DNA of 64,000 nt from Camelus ferus (lineage: Eukaryota). A program made the position numbers and the translations under genes. This document shows, piece by piece, positions 35,500 to 47,934 of this stretch; positions within the stretch are counted from its first letter, which is position 1; the number at the start of each line of letters is the position of its first letter. A model generated the notes under the pieces. It was not told the DNA's origin. It saw only the letters and a list, made by a program, of their open reading frames with translations, and searched no databases. The stretch spans positions 5,396,001 to 5,460,000 of the forward strand of contig NC_045696.1 of assembly GCF_009834535.1 (NCBI RefSeq), read 5' to 3'.

Positions 35500-36000
35500 C
35501 TCCCATTAGTGTACTGGTTTTATTTTAAACTTTTTTATCTGTATAAGTCACATGTAGAAAAGTTCACCAGCTGTATGTACACAAATCAATAAATTCTTAC
35601 AAAGTGACCACACCTGTGTGAACACCCAAGTCATAAAAGCAAAAGAATGTTGTCAGCACCCAGAGGCCCCTCTCAGACCCCCTACCCAGCTGCTCTCCTC
35701 CTCCTTCTTCTCAGAGATTACCGCTGTCCAGACTTCCAACAGCACTGATTAGTCTTGCCTGTTTGGGGAATTTTTGTAAATGCATTTTCTTCTTTTGCCT
35801 TTGTGTAATTTTCACTCAATATCATGTTTGTGAGATTCACCCACATTGTTGCCTGTAGAGCTGGTTCATTCGTTTTCTTTGCTGTATAGTATTCCACCAC
35901 ATGAACACATCAGTATGATCCATCATACCATTTGGATTGTTTCCCATCTGGGGCTAGAATGAACAGTGCTGCCCTGCACTTACCTGTGCCTGCTATAGGT
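35500..36000 (-). mobile_element. Old L1 (L1MB/ME-like) 3' fragment
   Basis: TCACTCAATATCATGTTTGTGAGATTCACCCACATTGTTGC...GCTGTATAGTATTCCA. Confidence 0.65.
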
Positions 36001-37949
36001 GAAGTCGATTCCTGAATCTTAATCATATTTCTTGTATTCAGGTTTAGAAGACAATATTTTATTTGAAGACAGAAGGATTAAGGGGAGGAGCAAGTCTTGG
36101 GGGAATGAGAACAACTAAAGGAGAAAAAAGAAAAGGAAAACCTCAGTTTCCTACACATACCTTCTCTTCACTTAACTTCACGCTTCTCCCCCTCGGGCCG
36201 CATTGGGGTGGGGTTGAGTGGGAAGGAGTTGGGGACAGCAGGTGTGTAACCTCAGTGTCATCCTGTAAGCCAGAGGGATTTGGTGCCATGAAATTGATTT
36301 TTTCTTGGTGTGGGCAGGGCGTAACATTTGGGATTTCTGGATACCATGTGGCGTTATTTTCTGTTCCCTCAAAGTTGTTTTAAAAAGCCCACATTGCTGG
36401 TAACATTCTCTTCCATTAGTAACACAGCCCTTCTTGGATGGTAAGAAAGCATGGTTGGTATGTGAATCTGAGGATAATGACCAAGAAAAACTACAGAAGA
36501 AACAGAGGGACAAGAGAATTGCACTCAAAGAAAATGGGTAAAAGTGTGTTTACCTGCCCTACCTTATATCAAAGCTGGTGTGAACTTTCTTTCCTCTGAC
36601 TATGCCCACTCCTTTCTTTTTTTTAAAATATAACTTAGGAAAAAAGTGTCAGCTATGAATGGCAGAAAAACAATTCAAGAGAATTGATAATGGAAGAGTA
36701 ATTTGTTCAAAGGAGCCTTGGGTAGGTCAAAGAATTAAAGGAAAGGCTTAGGAGCCAAGACATCTCCAGGGAACCCAGAGACAGGGAAAGGGGAGCTGGT
36801 ACCACAGGACCCTTTTCTGTCTCTCATGTCTTTTGTTTGCTTGGTGTCCTCTCCTCCAGATGCCAAGAAATATGGAAGAAAACAGCCTGGAACCCATCCT
36901 TCCAGCTCCCAGACAAAAGCATCAGAAGGCTGTCAAAATTCCAGCAAGAACATTCTCAAAGGACTCGGGGGAGTCCAGCTTGCCTGATATTCCCATCCAT
37001 GAACCATTCTGGGCAGAGGACGCTCTCTGATTGGCCAGTACTGGGTCATGTGCCCCCCCACCCCCATCTGTCAGCAGAGGGGAGTGTTTGCAGAGAAACA
37101 GGGAGGGAGACTTGTGCTGGCAGCCAAAGACAGTGCTGTACTGGCAAGCACGTAATCCTCTGGAACAGGAAGGAAGTGATCACTCTGACACTTCCAGTTT
37201 TTAATAATTATGAGACCATGGCACCAGAATTATTTTAGCCAGAAAAATATTCACTGTGCACCTGTGGCTTATCGGCCCAAAGCTTAATTCTGAAGAACGG
37301 CACAAACACATGTGAAATAAGAGCCCTGTCCTCAAGGTGTTTTCCTATCACTGCAGGAATGTGATCCCGGAGAGGACTAGTAGTGGGGGGGATGCTCACG
37401 CCAAGCACATGGTCCTCCTCCTACGCACACCCCCCGGCCTGCGCTGGATGCGGGGGGAGCACCTGCCAAGTGGAAAGTTACTCCATGCGCATTTTTGTTT
37501 CTTTGCTTATTTTTTTAAATTTCTTTAGCTAAATATTTCCATCTGTAGAATAGTGTAAAAATAGAGAAATAATATATATATGTTTCTCTTGATAAGGCTA
37601 AGTACAGGGCTTGTGTGCTGTTGAGGGGTCATCACTCAAGATGACAAGCAAACTGTAGTTTATCATATGAAAAGTTACACCCTTAGCATTGGAATGGACT
37701 TGCTCTTTTTCTTTCATCCACAAAGGGCTGGGAAGACTATAACCGTTGGTGCTTCATGGGTCAGAAAAAAGGAAACATAAAAGAAGAAAAGGGGATGAAA
37801 GGAAAGAAAGGAAAAGACAAGAAAATAAAAAAAATCTGTCACAAAATGTGTGGGTGTTTGGCAGATTTGAATCCCAAATTTACCACACTGGAGTAGACAA
37901 GGAACCTTGGGTTGTGAAGCTGACATACACCAAACTGGTAGTGAACCTA

Positions 37950-38745
37950 CGTGCCAAACTCCCACTAGAGGAAGACATATTAATCCTAAACCTCAAGGAA
38001 TCTCACAGATAATTTTAAAGACAATGAGCAGCATGTAATCAAAGAAAGTCAACCACACAAGAGCACAATATAACAGACATAATGATATATCAAACATAAC
38101 AGCTGAACAGACATGCATAGGCTTTAGATATTGGCATTATCAGATTATAAAACATCCATGTTTCCTAAGTTCAAATAATGAAAGACAACCTTAGAAATAT
38201 CATTAGCAAACAGAAAACCAAAAACGGTGGCCAAAAAGAACTAATACATTATATAACAAGAACCAAATTTAACTACAGTAACCAAATTTAAACTAAACAG
38301 ATGAATTTGACAGCATAGTAAGCTATCAGAAGAGAGAATTCATGATCTAGAAGCTGTATTATATAAGAAATTATTTGGAATTCTATACAAAGACAAAAAG
38401 ATGAAAAACACATTAAAAAGAAGAGTAGTGTGAGACCATGTAACAGTTGTTTAAGAAGGAGAGCAGAGAGAAAAATCAGCAGAAATGATATATTAAAGGA
38501 TATTGGCTAATAATGATCCAGAAATTTATGAAAGACACCAATTCACAAACTCAGGAAGTCCAATGATTCCAAAAAGGAGAGAGAAAAGCAAATCCACATC
38601 TACAGGAAACTGCACAATACCAGACAAAAAAAATCTTAAAGCAAAAAATTAACAGACTGGTAGCTGCTTTCTCAGGAGCAACAGTGAAAATCAAAAGTGG
38701 TTGGAATGAAATCTTCAGTGTATTGAAAGAAAACAATTACCAGTT
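37950..38745 (+). mobile_element. Ancient L1/HAL1 ORF1-region remnant
   Basis: A-rich strand with GAAGAGAGAATTCATGATCTAGAAG, TGAAAGACACCAATTCACAAACTCAGGAAG and TGGAATGAAATCTTCAGTGTATTGAAAGAAAA, typical of ORF1. Confidence 0.6.
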
Positions 38746-40919
38746 TCATTTATATCCATTTATGATAAAAACTCTCTAGGAAGTGGGCATAGAGGGAACA
38801 TACCTCAACATAACAAAGGCCATCTATCACAAACCCACAGCTAACATCATACTTAATGGTGAAAAGCTGAAAGCATTTGCTCTAAGATTAGGAGCACGAC
38901 AAAGATGCCCCCTCTCACCACTTTTATTCAACATAGTTTTGGAAGTCCTAGCCATAGCAATCAGAGCAGAAAAAGAAATAAATGCAATTCAAGTTGGAAA
39001 AGAAGTAAAACTGTCACTGTTTGCAGATGACATGGTACTATACATACAAAATCCTAAAGACACAGCCAGAAAACTACTAGGGCTCATCAATAAACATAGT
39101 AAAGTTGCAGGATACAAAATTAATATACAGAAATCAGTTGCATTTCTATACACTAACAATGGAATAGTAGAAAAAGAAATTAAGGAAACAATCCCATTTA
39201 CCATCACACCAAAAAGAATAAAATACCTAGGAATAAACATACCCAAGGAGGCAAAGGACCTGTACTCTGAAAACTATAAGACACTGATGAAAGAAATTAA
39301 AGATGACATAAATGGATGGAAAGATATGCCGTGTTCTTGGTTTGGAAGAATCAATATTGTTAAAATGGCCAAGGCATTATACAGATTTAATGTGATCCCT
39401 ATGAAATTACCAATGACATTTTTCACAGAGTTGGAAAAAAAATATTAAAATTTGTATGGAAACATAAAAGATTCTGAATAGCCAAACGATGCTGAAAAGG
39501 GAGAACGAAGCTAAGGGAATCACACTCCCTGACTTCAGACTATACTACAAAGCTACAGTAATCAAAACAGTATGGTATTGGCACAAAAGCAGATACATAG
39601 ATCAATGGAACAGGACAGAAAGTCCAGAAATAAACCTACATACTTATGGCCAATTAATCTACAACAAAGTGGGTAAGAATACACAATGGTGAAAAGACAA
39701 TCTCTTCAATAAATGATGCTGGGAAAACCGGACAGCTACCTCTAAATGTAAGACTGGATAATATAAAACTCCTAAAGGAAAACACAGGCAGAACACTCTT
39801 TGACCTAAATCACAGCATCTTTTCTCAAACCAGCTCCTAGAGCAATGGAAATAAAAATAAAAATTAACAAATGAGACAAAATTAAACTTAAAAGCTTTTG
39901 CACAGCTAAGGATACCATAACAAAACGAAAAGACAACTTACAGAATGGGAGAAAATATTTGCAAATGATGCAATCAACAAGGAACTAATTTCCAAAATGT
40001 ACAAACAGCTTATACAGCTTAATATCAAAAAACAAAAACAAAAAACAAAACAAACAAACAGAAAAAAACAAGCAACCCAACCCAATCAAAACATGGGCAG
40101 AAGACCTAAACAGACATTTCTCTAAAGAAGACATCCAAATGGCTAACAGACACATGAAAAGATGCTCAGCATCGCTAATTGTCAGAGAAATGCAAATCAA
40201 AACTACAACAAGGTACCGCTTCACACCAGTCAGATTGGCCATCACTAAAAATTCCACAAACAATAAATACTGGAGAGGATGTGGAGAGAAAGGACTCCTA
40301 CACTGTTGGTGGGAATGTAAATCGGTGCAGCCACTATGGAGGACAGTATAAAGGTTCCTTAAAAATCTAAAGATAAACTTACCATACGATCTAGCAATTG
40401 CACTCCTGGGCATATATCTGGAGAAAAATCTAATTTGAAAAGACACATGCACCCCAATGTTCATAGCAGCATTATTTACAATAGCCAGGACATAGAAACA
40501 ATCTAAATGTCCATCAACAAATGAATGGAGAAAGAAGTTGTGGTACAAACATACAATGGAGTACTACTCAGCCATAAAAAGAATAAAATAATACCATTTG
40601 CAGCAACATGGATGGATCTGGAGATCATCATTCTAAGTGAAGTAAGCCAGACAGAGAAAGAAAAATGCCATATGATATTGCTTATATGTGGAATCTAAAA
40701 AAAAAAAAAAAAAAGACAAAAATGAACTTATTTACAAAAGAGAAACAGGCTCACAGACATAGAGAACAAACTTATGGTTTTGGGGATGGGGGATAAATTG
40801 GGAGTTTGAAATTTGCACCTCTTGGGGAGTGATGGAAATGTTAGGTATCTTGATTGTGATGGTGGTTTCATAGGCATATACATCTATCAAAATTCATCAA
40901 ATTGTACATCTGAAAAAAA
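38746..40919 (+). mobile_element. 5'-truncated L1 (RT to 3' UTR, type C tail)
   Basis: ORF 38783..39448 gives [21 protein letters not shown]...[11 protein letters not shown]...IKYLGIN. Further ORF2 pieces follow with stops and a small deletion near 39740, then the 3' UTR. Confidence 0.92.
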
Positions 40920-41562
40920 GGTTAGTCAAAGAATAAATCTAATTGGAGAAATTTTAAAAATACAGAAACAAAGGGAAATGGTCAAGCAAAACAAAAAATA
41001 ATCACTGAGTCATTAAACAAAGTCAGGGACCTTTAGTTCCTCCCCAAGGGCTACGGATAATATTCTGAGCCACGTCCTTTGAGCAGTCTTCTAGCTACTG
41101 AAACCCCCACCACATGGAAGATGTTAACTATACAATGACCAGACTGTAGTCATGACATAAGCTGCCACAATTCCAAGAACTGGCCTCAAATGAATGGAAA
41201 CAAACTGACTCTGGAACGGAAGATTAACTGTACCTAAAAAATCAGGATGACGCTGATCAGACCACGGCATGACTAACTTCAAGGTGACTGTCAGAGCTGA
41301 ATACGATGTTCTGCATGTAGCCCCCTCCCTCCACCTGTACACCCCCTGAAATTCTCCTTTAAAAGCTCTTATCCAAGGGGGGTGTTGGCCTCTAGACATG
41401 AGTCCACCTTCCTGTCCCCCCTCCCCTCCCTCTTCCCACCCCTTCCCACCCCGTCACTGGTTTCTGGCCTCCGGAATACAGCAAACTTTCCTTGCCACAA
41501 ATATGTGCCTCTCGAGTATTGGCTTTCAAGCAGCAAGCAGCTGGACCCAAGTTTTGGTAACA
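40920..41562 (+). mobile_element. ERV1-like solo LTR
   Basis: TATA-like CCTTTAAAAGC. 3' end CTCGAGTATTGGCTTTCAAGCAGCAAGCAGCTGGACCCAAGTTTTGGTAACA. 5' boundary approximate. Confidence 0.6.
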
Positions 41563-43151
41563 GAGCCACCAAGCCAGATCCAACCAGGGTGAGAAGGGCT
41601 CTGAGAGAGAGGGCTGCAGGGCAAGTTACAACAGGGAGACTCCCACTGCCTTCGGGCATGTGGAAGATAGACTTGACAAGCAGTTGGTTGAAGAGGGAGG
41701 AATTGTTGATGGTTATGTATGTAAACTAAGCAAAAGAAAATGAGGTAAACATTCATTCCAGCAGGGTGGGAGGAACTTTCACAGAACAAAAGGTATAACC
41801 ACAATGCACTGCTTTTCCTAGCAGTTAATGATATTTACATGGTCATAAACAATAAATAGGAAGCAAAGATGGGGCTATAATGAGAAAACGAGGGAGGTAA
41901 AGGAGGGGTGGGAGGTATGAGGTGGCTGAATCTTCATCTGCAGTCATAGGAAGTCAATAGAAAATGTCTGAAGTGACGTGACAATACATAGTGGTAAGCA
42001 TGTTACCTTGAAATACAGGATAAATGCTGGAAGAAACAGCAGAGGGGTCCGGCTGAGGAAGGGAGTGGAAAGCAGAGGACTGCGGTTTTCACTACTTGAA
42101 GCCTTACCGCACCAGTGGCCTTTTACACTATGTACCTGTATTGTCTTGATAAACACTATTACTTTTTTAAATTGTGCCTACAGAAAATTCATATAAATTT
42201 AAAAGTAGAAACGACACTACTAATCTTCTAAAGTGGTTCAGCACCCCAACCGCAGAGCGACCGACTTCTCTGGATTCTTCAGGGCACAGGTCTTAATCAC
42301 ACACTTGGAAGGGCAGGGGGGTACTTCTGTGAACCGGGACAGGACACATTCTGGGGAAACAACAAAATAAACTCTGAGAGTCAGAGACCTCACACAGTCA
42401 AGGCTTACTGCTCACTCGTGGGACGTGTGATGGAGGCTGTGGACGGAGCTGTCAACTGGAACACGTCACCAGCCAAGGTCACCTCTGCCGAGAAGAGTAG
42501 AATGAATAAGGCACATCATCTCTTAACTGGCTTCCATCTTGGGTCGTTGGCCAGGGGTGTTGTCCCCAAACTCATTGCAAGGGAGGCTGGGAAGCTGACA
42601 AGAGCTCACAGACTACTAGGCAAGCACTTACACGCTCAGCTGGCAGCACAGCCCCGAAGAGCAGGGTCTGCAAAGGAACAGACAGGAGAGGCAAGGGGAC
42701 GGCTAAGGAAAGTGAGGAGGGGTCAGGTGTTGGAATTTTACCTGCGCCCTCAGGAAATGGGGTTCTAGCCCCTCTGCCCGCTTCCCGGGGTCGGCCTGAG
42801 ACGTGCTAGGAAAATGGGTTTTGTAAATGATTAACAGCACACAAACGCAGGCTCTTAAATTATCGGTAGGTGGACATGTGTGCTCTTTGCCAAATCAGTC
42901 TATAAACATGTTTACTATCTCTTTATCGTGTTATTGCTGGGAGAAGTTTTCCTTATCATTCATTTTGTTTTTAAAGGTCTTAACTAAGGTTTGTGAATTG
43001 AATAGCTGACTGGAAAAAAAAAAAAAAAAACCGGTTGTGGGTCGCCTGCCTCATCTTTTGCCATCTGCTCCTGTTGGGGTCAGAAGGCACGCTGCCGTCC
43101 TCAGTAAAGTAAGCCCACAAGTCGTCATTCTCATCCGTGAGCAAGGCTTCC

Positions 43152-43238
43152 TTAATTTTTTTTTAGTGGAGGCACTGGGGATTGAACCTAGGACCTCACG
43201 CATGCTAAGCACATGCTCTACCACTGAGCTATGCCTCC
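43152..43238 (-). mobile_element. tRNA-derived SINE (camelid vic-1-like)
   Basis: Reverse complement GGAGGCATAGCTCAGTGGTAGAGCATGTGCTTAGCATGCGTGAGGTCCTAGGTTCAATCCCCAGTGCCTCCACTAAAAAAAAA has pol III A and B boxes and an A tail. Confidence 0.85.
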
Positions 43239-44042
43239 AACCACCAGGTTTCTTTTAAATATGATTGTCAATTACACCACTAACTTAAATCTCTAGCATA
43301 CTTATCTTCCTAATCCAGTTATATTATTTTTCTGTCCCATCTTCGTAATTCTCAAAAGTTACAAATACTGCTTAACCTCTATATATTTTAGTCTTTGCCG
43401 AGTCTTTTTTTTCTTTAATGGCGGTAAGAATCTCTAATAAGAAAGTAAGATATATTGATGACAGACTGTAGAAAAAATATTCAATTGGATATACACCCTG
43501 GCTCACTGTGATCATCCAAGATTTTGTGGAAGAAAGACACACACTGTTTCCTACTCAGTTTCCTTAAATGTGCCCCTCAATACTACCATCAAATAGACTT
43601 TCGTGGTTCACTGAGATGTGAGCCACTTCCCAACTGGAGTGCTACCGTCTCAGCAGTGGCCCCCAAACTCACTACCAAAGGCAAAGGAGAAGGCTGAAGA
43701 AATCACACCTGCTCTTTTATGCTTCAGTCCAGAAGCCACACCTGGCAGGCTACTGGTTAGAACTGGTCATTTGACCTCGACCTGGCAGCAGAGGTCACGC
43801 CATCTTCTGTCATACCAGGAAGAGGAAACAAATGGAATTTGGTGACACTGTGGCTCTCTTAACAGACAAACACAAAGGCTCACTGGGAACTCACAGAGCT
43901 CATCGGCTGACGCAGGAACTCAGCAGGAAGGGCTTCAAAGCAAACGACTGTAAGGAGACACCTTGACGTTCACACCTGCTGTATCAAGTGTCTCTGGAAA
44001 CAAGGTGGATTTCCACTTGTCTTTGCCTTAATAAACAGAGTG

Positions 44043-44350
44043 CAGGCAAGCCGGAAATACCGGGCCACTCACCTCCAGGCCACAACAAAGCAAGTGTCAC
44101 AATGAAGCGAGGCGCACAGACCTTTGGCTTCGCGGTGCACATCGAAGTGCTGTTTACACTGCGCTGCAGGCTGTTCGGTGTGCAATGGCATTGTCTTTAA
44201 AAAGGCACATACCTACTGAAGAATACCTCATTGCTAAAAAATGTTACCCATCGTTTGACATCACAGAGTTGTCACAAGTCTTCAGTCTGTGGAAACCACA
44301 ATATCTACAACGCACAATCAAGTGAAGCACCGTAACACGGGGCGTGTCTG
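44043..44350. mobile_element. Internally deleted Tigger1-derived MITE
   Basis: Degenerate TIRs CAGGCA.../...TGTCTG followed by TA. Body TGTTTACACT...GTGTGCAATGGCATT...ATTGCTAAAAAATG is joined directly to the other Tigger1 end. Confidence 0.7.
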
Positions 44351-45061
44351 TATTCTGGGCACTATTTAGCTTTTTTTCTGGGGGTTACAAAGGCAGCTTA
44401 GGGCATCAGAGTAAAACAAGGGTGGTCCCGTTCCCCATCCTGCCAATTAACTAGCAAAAGTTAAAGATAGTCAGGGTCCTGCTGCGTCTCAAATAAGTTC
44501 TTCAGCTGCAAAAAAAAGGAGAAAATACACTCGTTCTGCCCAAATCAAAGGCTGTCGTGAAGTCAAATGAGATTGTACGTGAAAGTGTTTTGTGGTGGTA
44601 AAGTGCTCCTTTTAATTGATGGGGGGTTTTGTTGTTGTTGTTGGGGTTTTTTTGTTGTTGTTGTTTTTACCAATTTTAGCTTCTTTTTATATAATGCACC
44701 ATGTTACAGTTTGCTTTGAAAATAAGAAATAAACTAGGCAAACCAAATTTTACCAGTGACATCACCTTATGTTGGTTCCTCTTTCTGTTTCATGCTTTAG
44801 AGGCAGTGAACGTAGTGATGAGATTACAACACCCACATTTTCCCTCCTTGGTGCAATGTATTGGGCAAAAATAGAATCCTCACATGCATGGGCCACACTC
44901 AACTGGAAGTTTTGTTTTTGCTCCAAGCCTAGATGGTTGTGCCATTGACTTACAAATAACAGTCTAAAGAATACAAGGAGGGTAGTTTTTCACAAATGTT
45001 TTTTGGCATGTTTTTTTTTTTGTCTGTTTTTACTTTTTATTTTTGAAAATGCCTGATATAC

Positions 45062-45583
45062 ACGGGGGTAGGCAAATGAATGCCCCTGCCAAGATGTCTA
45101 CGTCTGAATGCCTGGAACCTCTGAATATGTTAGGTTAGGCAGCACAGGGGGATTAAGGCTGCAGATGGAATCGAGGCTGCTCATCAGCTGTCCTTAAGAT
45201 GGGAGATTATCCTGGATAAACCTGGGGGGCCCGATGGAATCACAAGGGTCCTTAAAAGCAGAAAGCCTTTCCTGGCTGCTGAGAACCAGAGTGATGGCAG
45301 TGTGAGAAGGACTCAACCTGCCTTGGAGGATTTGAAGATGAAGGAAGAAGGAGAGTCGCAGCCTAGGAATACACACAGTTTCTAGAGGATGAAAGGGCAA
45401 GAAACAGACTCCCGCCTCCAGCCTCCGGGGAAGAAGGCAGCTCTGCCCTGTTGGCACCGTGATCTTACCCCAGAGAGGCCCATGCCAGACCTCAGAGTTC
45501 TGCTGAACTGTAAGATCATAAATTTAAGTTGTTTTAAGTCATTAATTTTCTGGTTATTTCTTACAATACTCAGAAAACTAACA
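45062..45583 (+). mobile_element. MLT1D-like LTR
   Basis: CCTGGAACCTCTGAATATGTTA...TTAAGATGGGAGATTATCCTGGAT...AATCACAAGGGTCCTTAAAAG...GAAAACTAACA. Confidence 0.8.
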
Positions 45584-46394
45584 CATAAATGAAAGTAGAG
45601 AGAACAGCATAAGAACCCTTGTACCCATTGGCCAACTTCAATAATTACCCACTCGTCTTGCTTCATTGACACACCCATCGACTTCCTCTCAATCACACCA
45701 AATAATTTTGAAGCAAATCTCAGACATTATCCTTCAATTCTTAAATGTTCCAGTAAATGTCTGTGAAAGACAACCACTCTTAAAGACAATCGTGGCACGA
45801 CTGTCGCAGCTCTAATTTAATAGTAATCCTGTAACATCATCGAATAGCCAGTATGGATTCCTATTTCCGCGGTTATCTTGGAAATGTTTTATTAGACTTT
45901 ATGTGTTTGAATCAGAAGAACTCCCCTCCAAAACAGGCCATAAATTGCAGTTGTTCAAAATGCTGCTTCATTCTCTCTTAATTCATTGCATCCTCCCCAC
46001 ATCACCATCTTTTCTCCTCTTTACAATGTATTTCGGGCAGAGACTGGGTTGTGTGTCCCATAGAGTTTCCCACCATCTGGGACTTTACTGGCTGTGTGCT
46101 GTGTTGTCACACAGGTTCTTCTGTCCCCTGTGTTTCCTGCCCACTGGTAGTTGTGTTTTGTTTTGTTTTGTTTTGTTTTAAGAATACTTCATGGATAGTA
46201 TTGTTCAATTCTATCAGAAGGTCCATAATGTTGAGTTATCTTTCTTTTCTCTGCAATAAGTAGTCATTTATAATTATTGCTTGGTTCTATCATTTGTAAA
46301 TTATGGGCTGCAAAATGGCAACATTCCCGTTCTATGTTCCCTTTATTTACGATCTTCAGTACAGCGGTTAAAAGAAACTTTCGCTCAGCGAACA

Positions 46395-46570
46395 TGCAGT
46401 CAGCCTCCCCTGGGGCCAGGTGGTAAGCACTGTCAGCTCTGGGGTCCACACGTCTCTGCTGAGCTGCTCAGCTCTGCTGCTGCAGCAGGAAAGCCACCCC
46501 AGCAACCCCGAAACAGGCAGGAGTGGTTGTGCCCCAACAAAACTTTCTTCACCGAGCAACAAACAGTGCT
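46395..46570. mobile_element. MER58A-like hAT MITE within an old L1 fragment (~45590-46750)
   Basis: GGGCCAGGTGGTAAGCACTGTCAGCTCTG...CTCAGCTCTGCTGCTGCAGC...GGTTGTGCCCCAACAAAACTTT. Confidence 0.65.
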
Positions 46571-47487
46571 CCAGGAATTAGTCACTTTGTATTTTTGCCC
46601 AGGTAGCTTTGGGAGAGATCCCCAGAACTGGAATGTCTTGGTCAAAGGACAGATGCATTTGTGGTTTCGGTAGAGACTGCCAAACTGCCCCTCACAGGCC
46701 TTCTCTAAAGCGGGAGCTTTCACAAAAGAACCTGCGGTAGTTTCCTGGGGCCAACTTGGTGAAATTACACTCTTGTTTCCCATTATCCCCATTAATAGTA
46801 GGGTTCTGGGTGGAGTTGGCAGAATTGGTGTTTGAACAAAGTTTGGAAGGGTACGACGGAGCAGCATCGTGGCCAGGTACAGTGACAGACACAGATGTGC
46901 TGGTGGGTTCCAGCTTGCTCTGGGCCCCCTCAGCTTCCTGTCAAGCTCCTCCCTTTGACTGTTTGCTCAGATGCACATGGCCAAGCACCCCATTTCCCAC
47001 CTAGAGAAAGGAGAAGTGTGTTGCTATAGATGGTCATTGTGGTTTATGGAGTTTCTGGACTGAGATAGCCTGTATTCAGTTCCCACCTCTGCCACCTGCT
47101 GACTGGGTGCCCTCAGCTGAGTTTAAACCTCTTAATTCTCACCTGCAAAATGAAGGGGACACTAGTTAGAGCCCTGTTTGCAGGTTGCTGGGGGATACAG
47201 TGATAATACAATGGATTAATACAATGAAAATTCAAGAGGGCTGGGTCCCGTGATAGATCACCCTGATCTGTCCAGAGTCTGTCTTCAGAAGAAGCAGAAG
47301 TCAGAAAAGGGAAGTGCCCTGGTAAACTGTTCCCAGCGTGGACAGATGCCGCAAAAGGGGGTCCTTCTGTAGTTTACAAGAAACTCATTTCTCTAGGTGC
47401 AGACAAAACATTTGCAAAGCACTGGCCTTGGGTTGCATTTTAAATATGCCCAAATCCCAGTAGCTGACCAGTCAAAATACACAATAA

Positions 47488-47663
47488 ATAGGTGATAGAT
47501 AGATAGATAGATCTGTCAATAGATAAGGATTATTGATAGACAGAAATAGATAAATGACTGATAGACAGGTAAATGACAGGTATGGGTAAATGATTGATTG
47601 ATAGATGATACGTAGATAGATGGTAGGTAGGTAGGTAGGTAGGTAGGTAGGTAGTTAGATAGG
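47488..47663. repeat. Compound (GATA)n/(GGTA)n microsatellite
   Basis: GATAGATAGATAGATAGAT...GGTAGGTAGGTAGGTAGGTAGGTAGGTAG. Confidence 0.9.
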
Positions 47664-47934
47664 AAGACAAGCCAAACGCAAACCTAATGCGATTGACACT
47701 ATGTTTTTCTCGCTCTCACTTCTGCCATTTATCCAAGGTTCCATTCACACCTGGCCCCTCAAAAAACCTTTGAAGTTGTTTCACGCCCTATTATTTCCTA
47801 TTTTACTGAAATCATTTACATGTCTGTAAGTTCAAAAATGAGCAATCTAATATCAGCAATTTTGTGTGATTCTAGCTAATATTTACTTACTGGTTTACTC
47901 AAATATTTCACACGCGTTATCTCACTCTTCCAGG

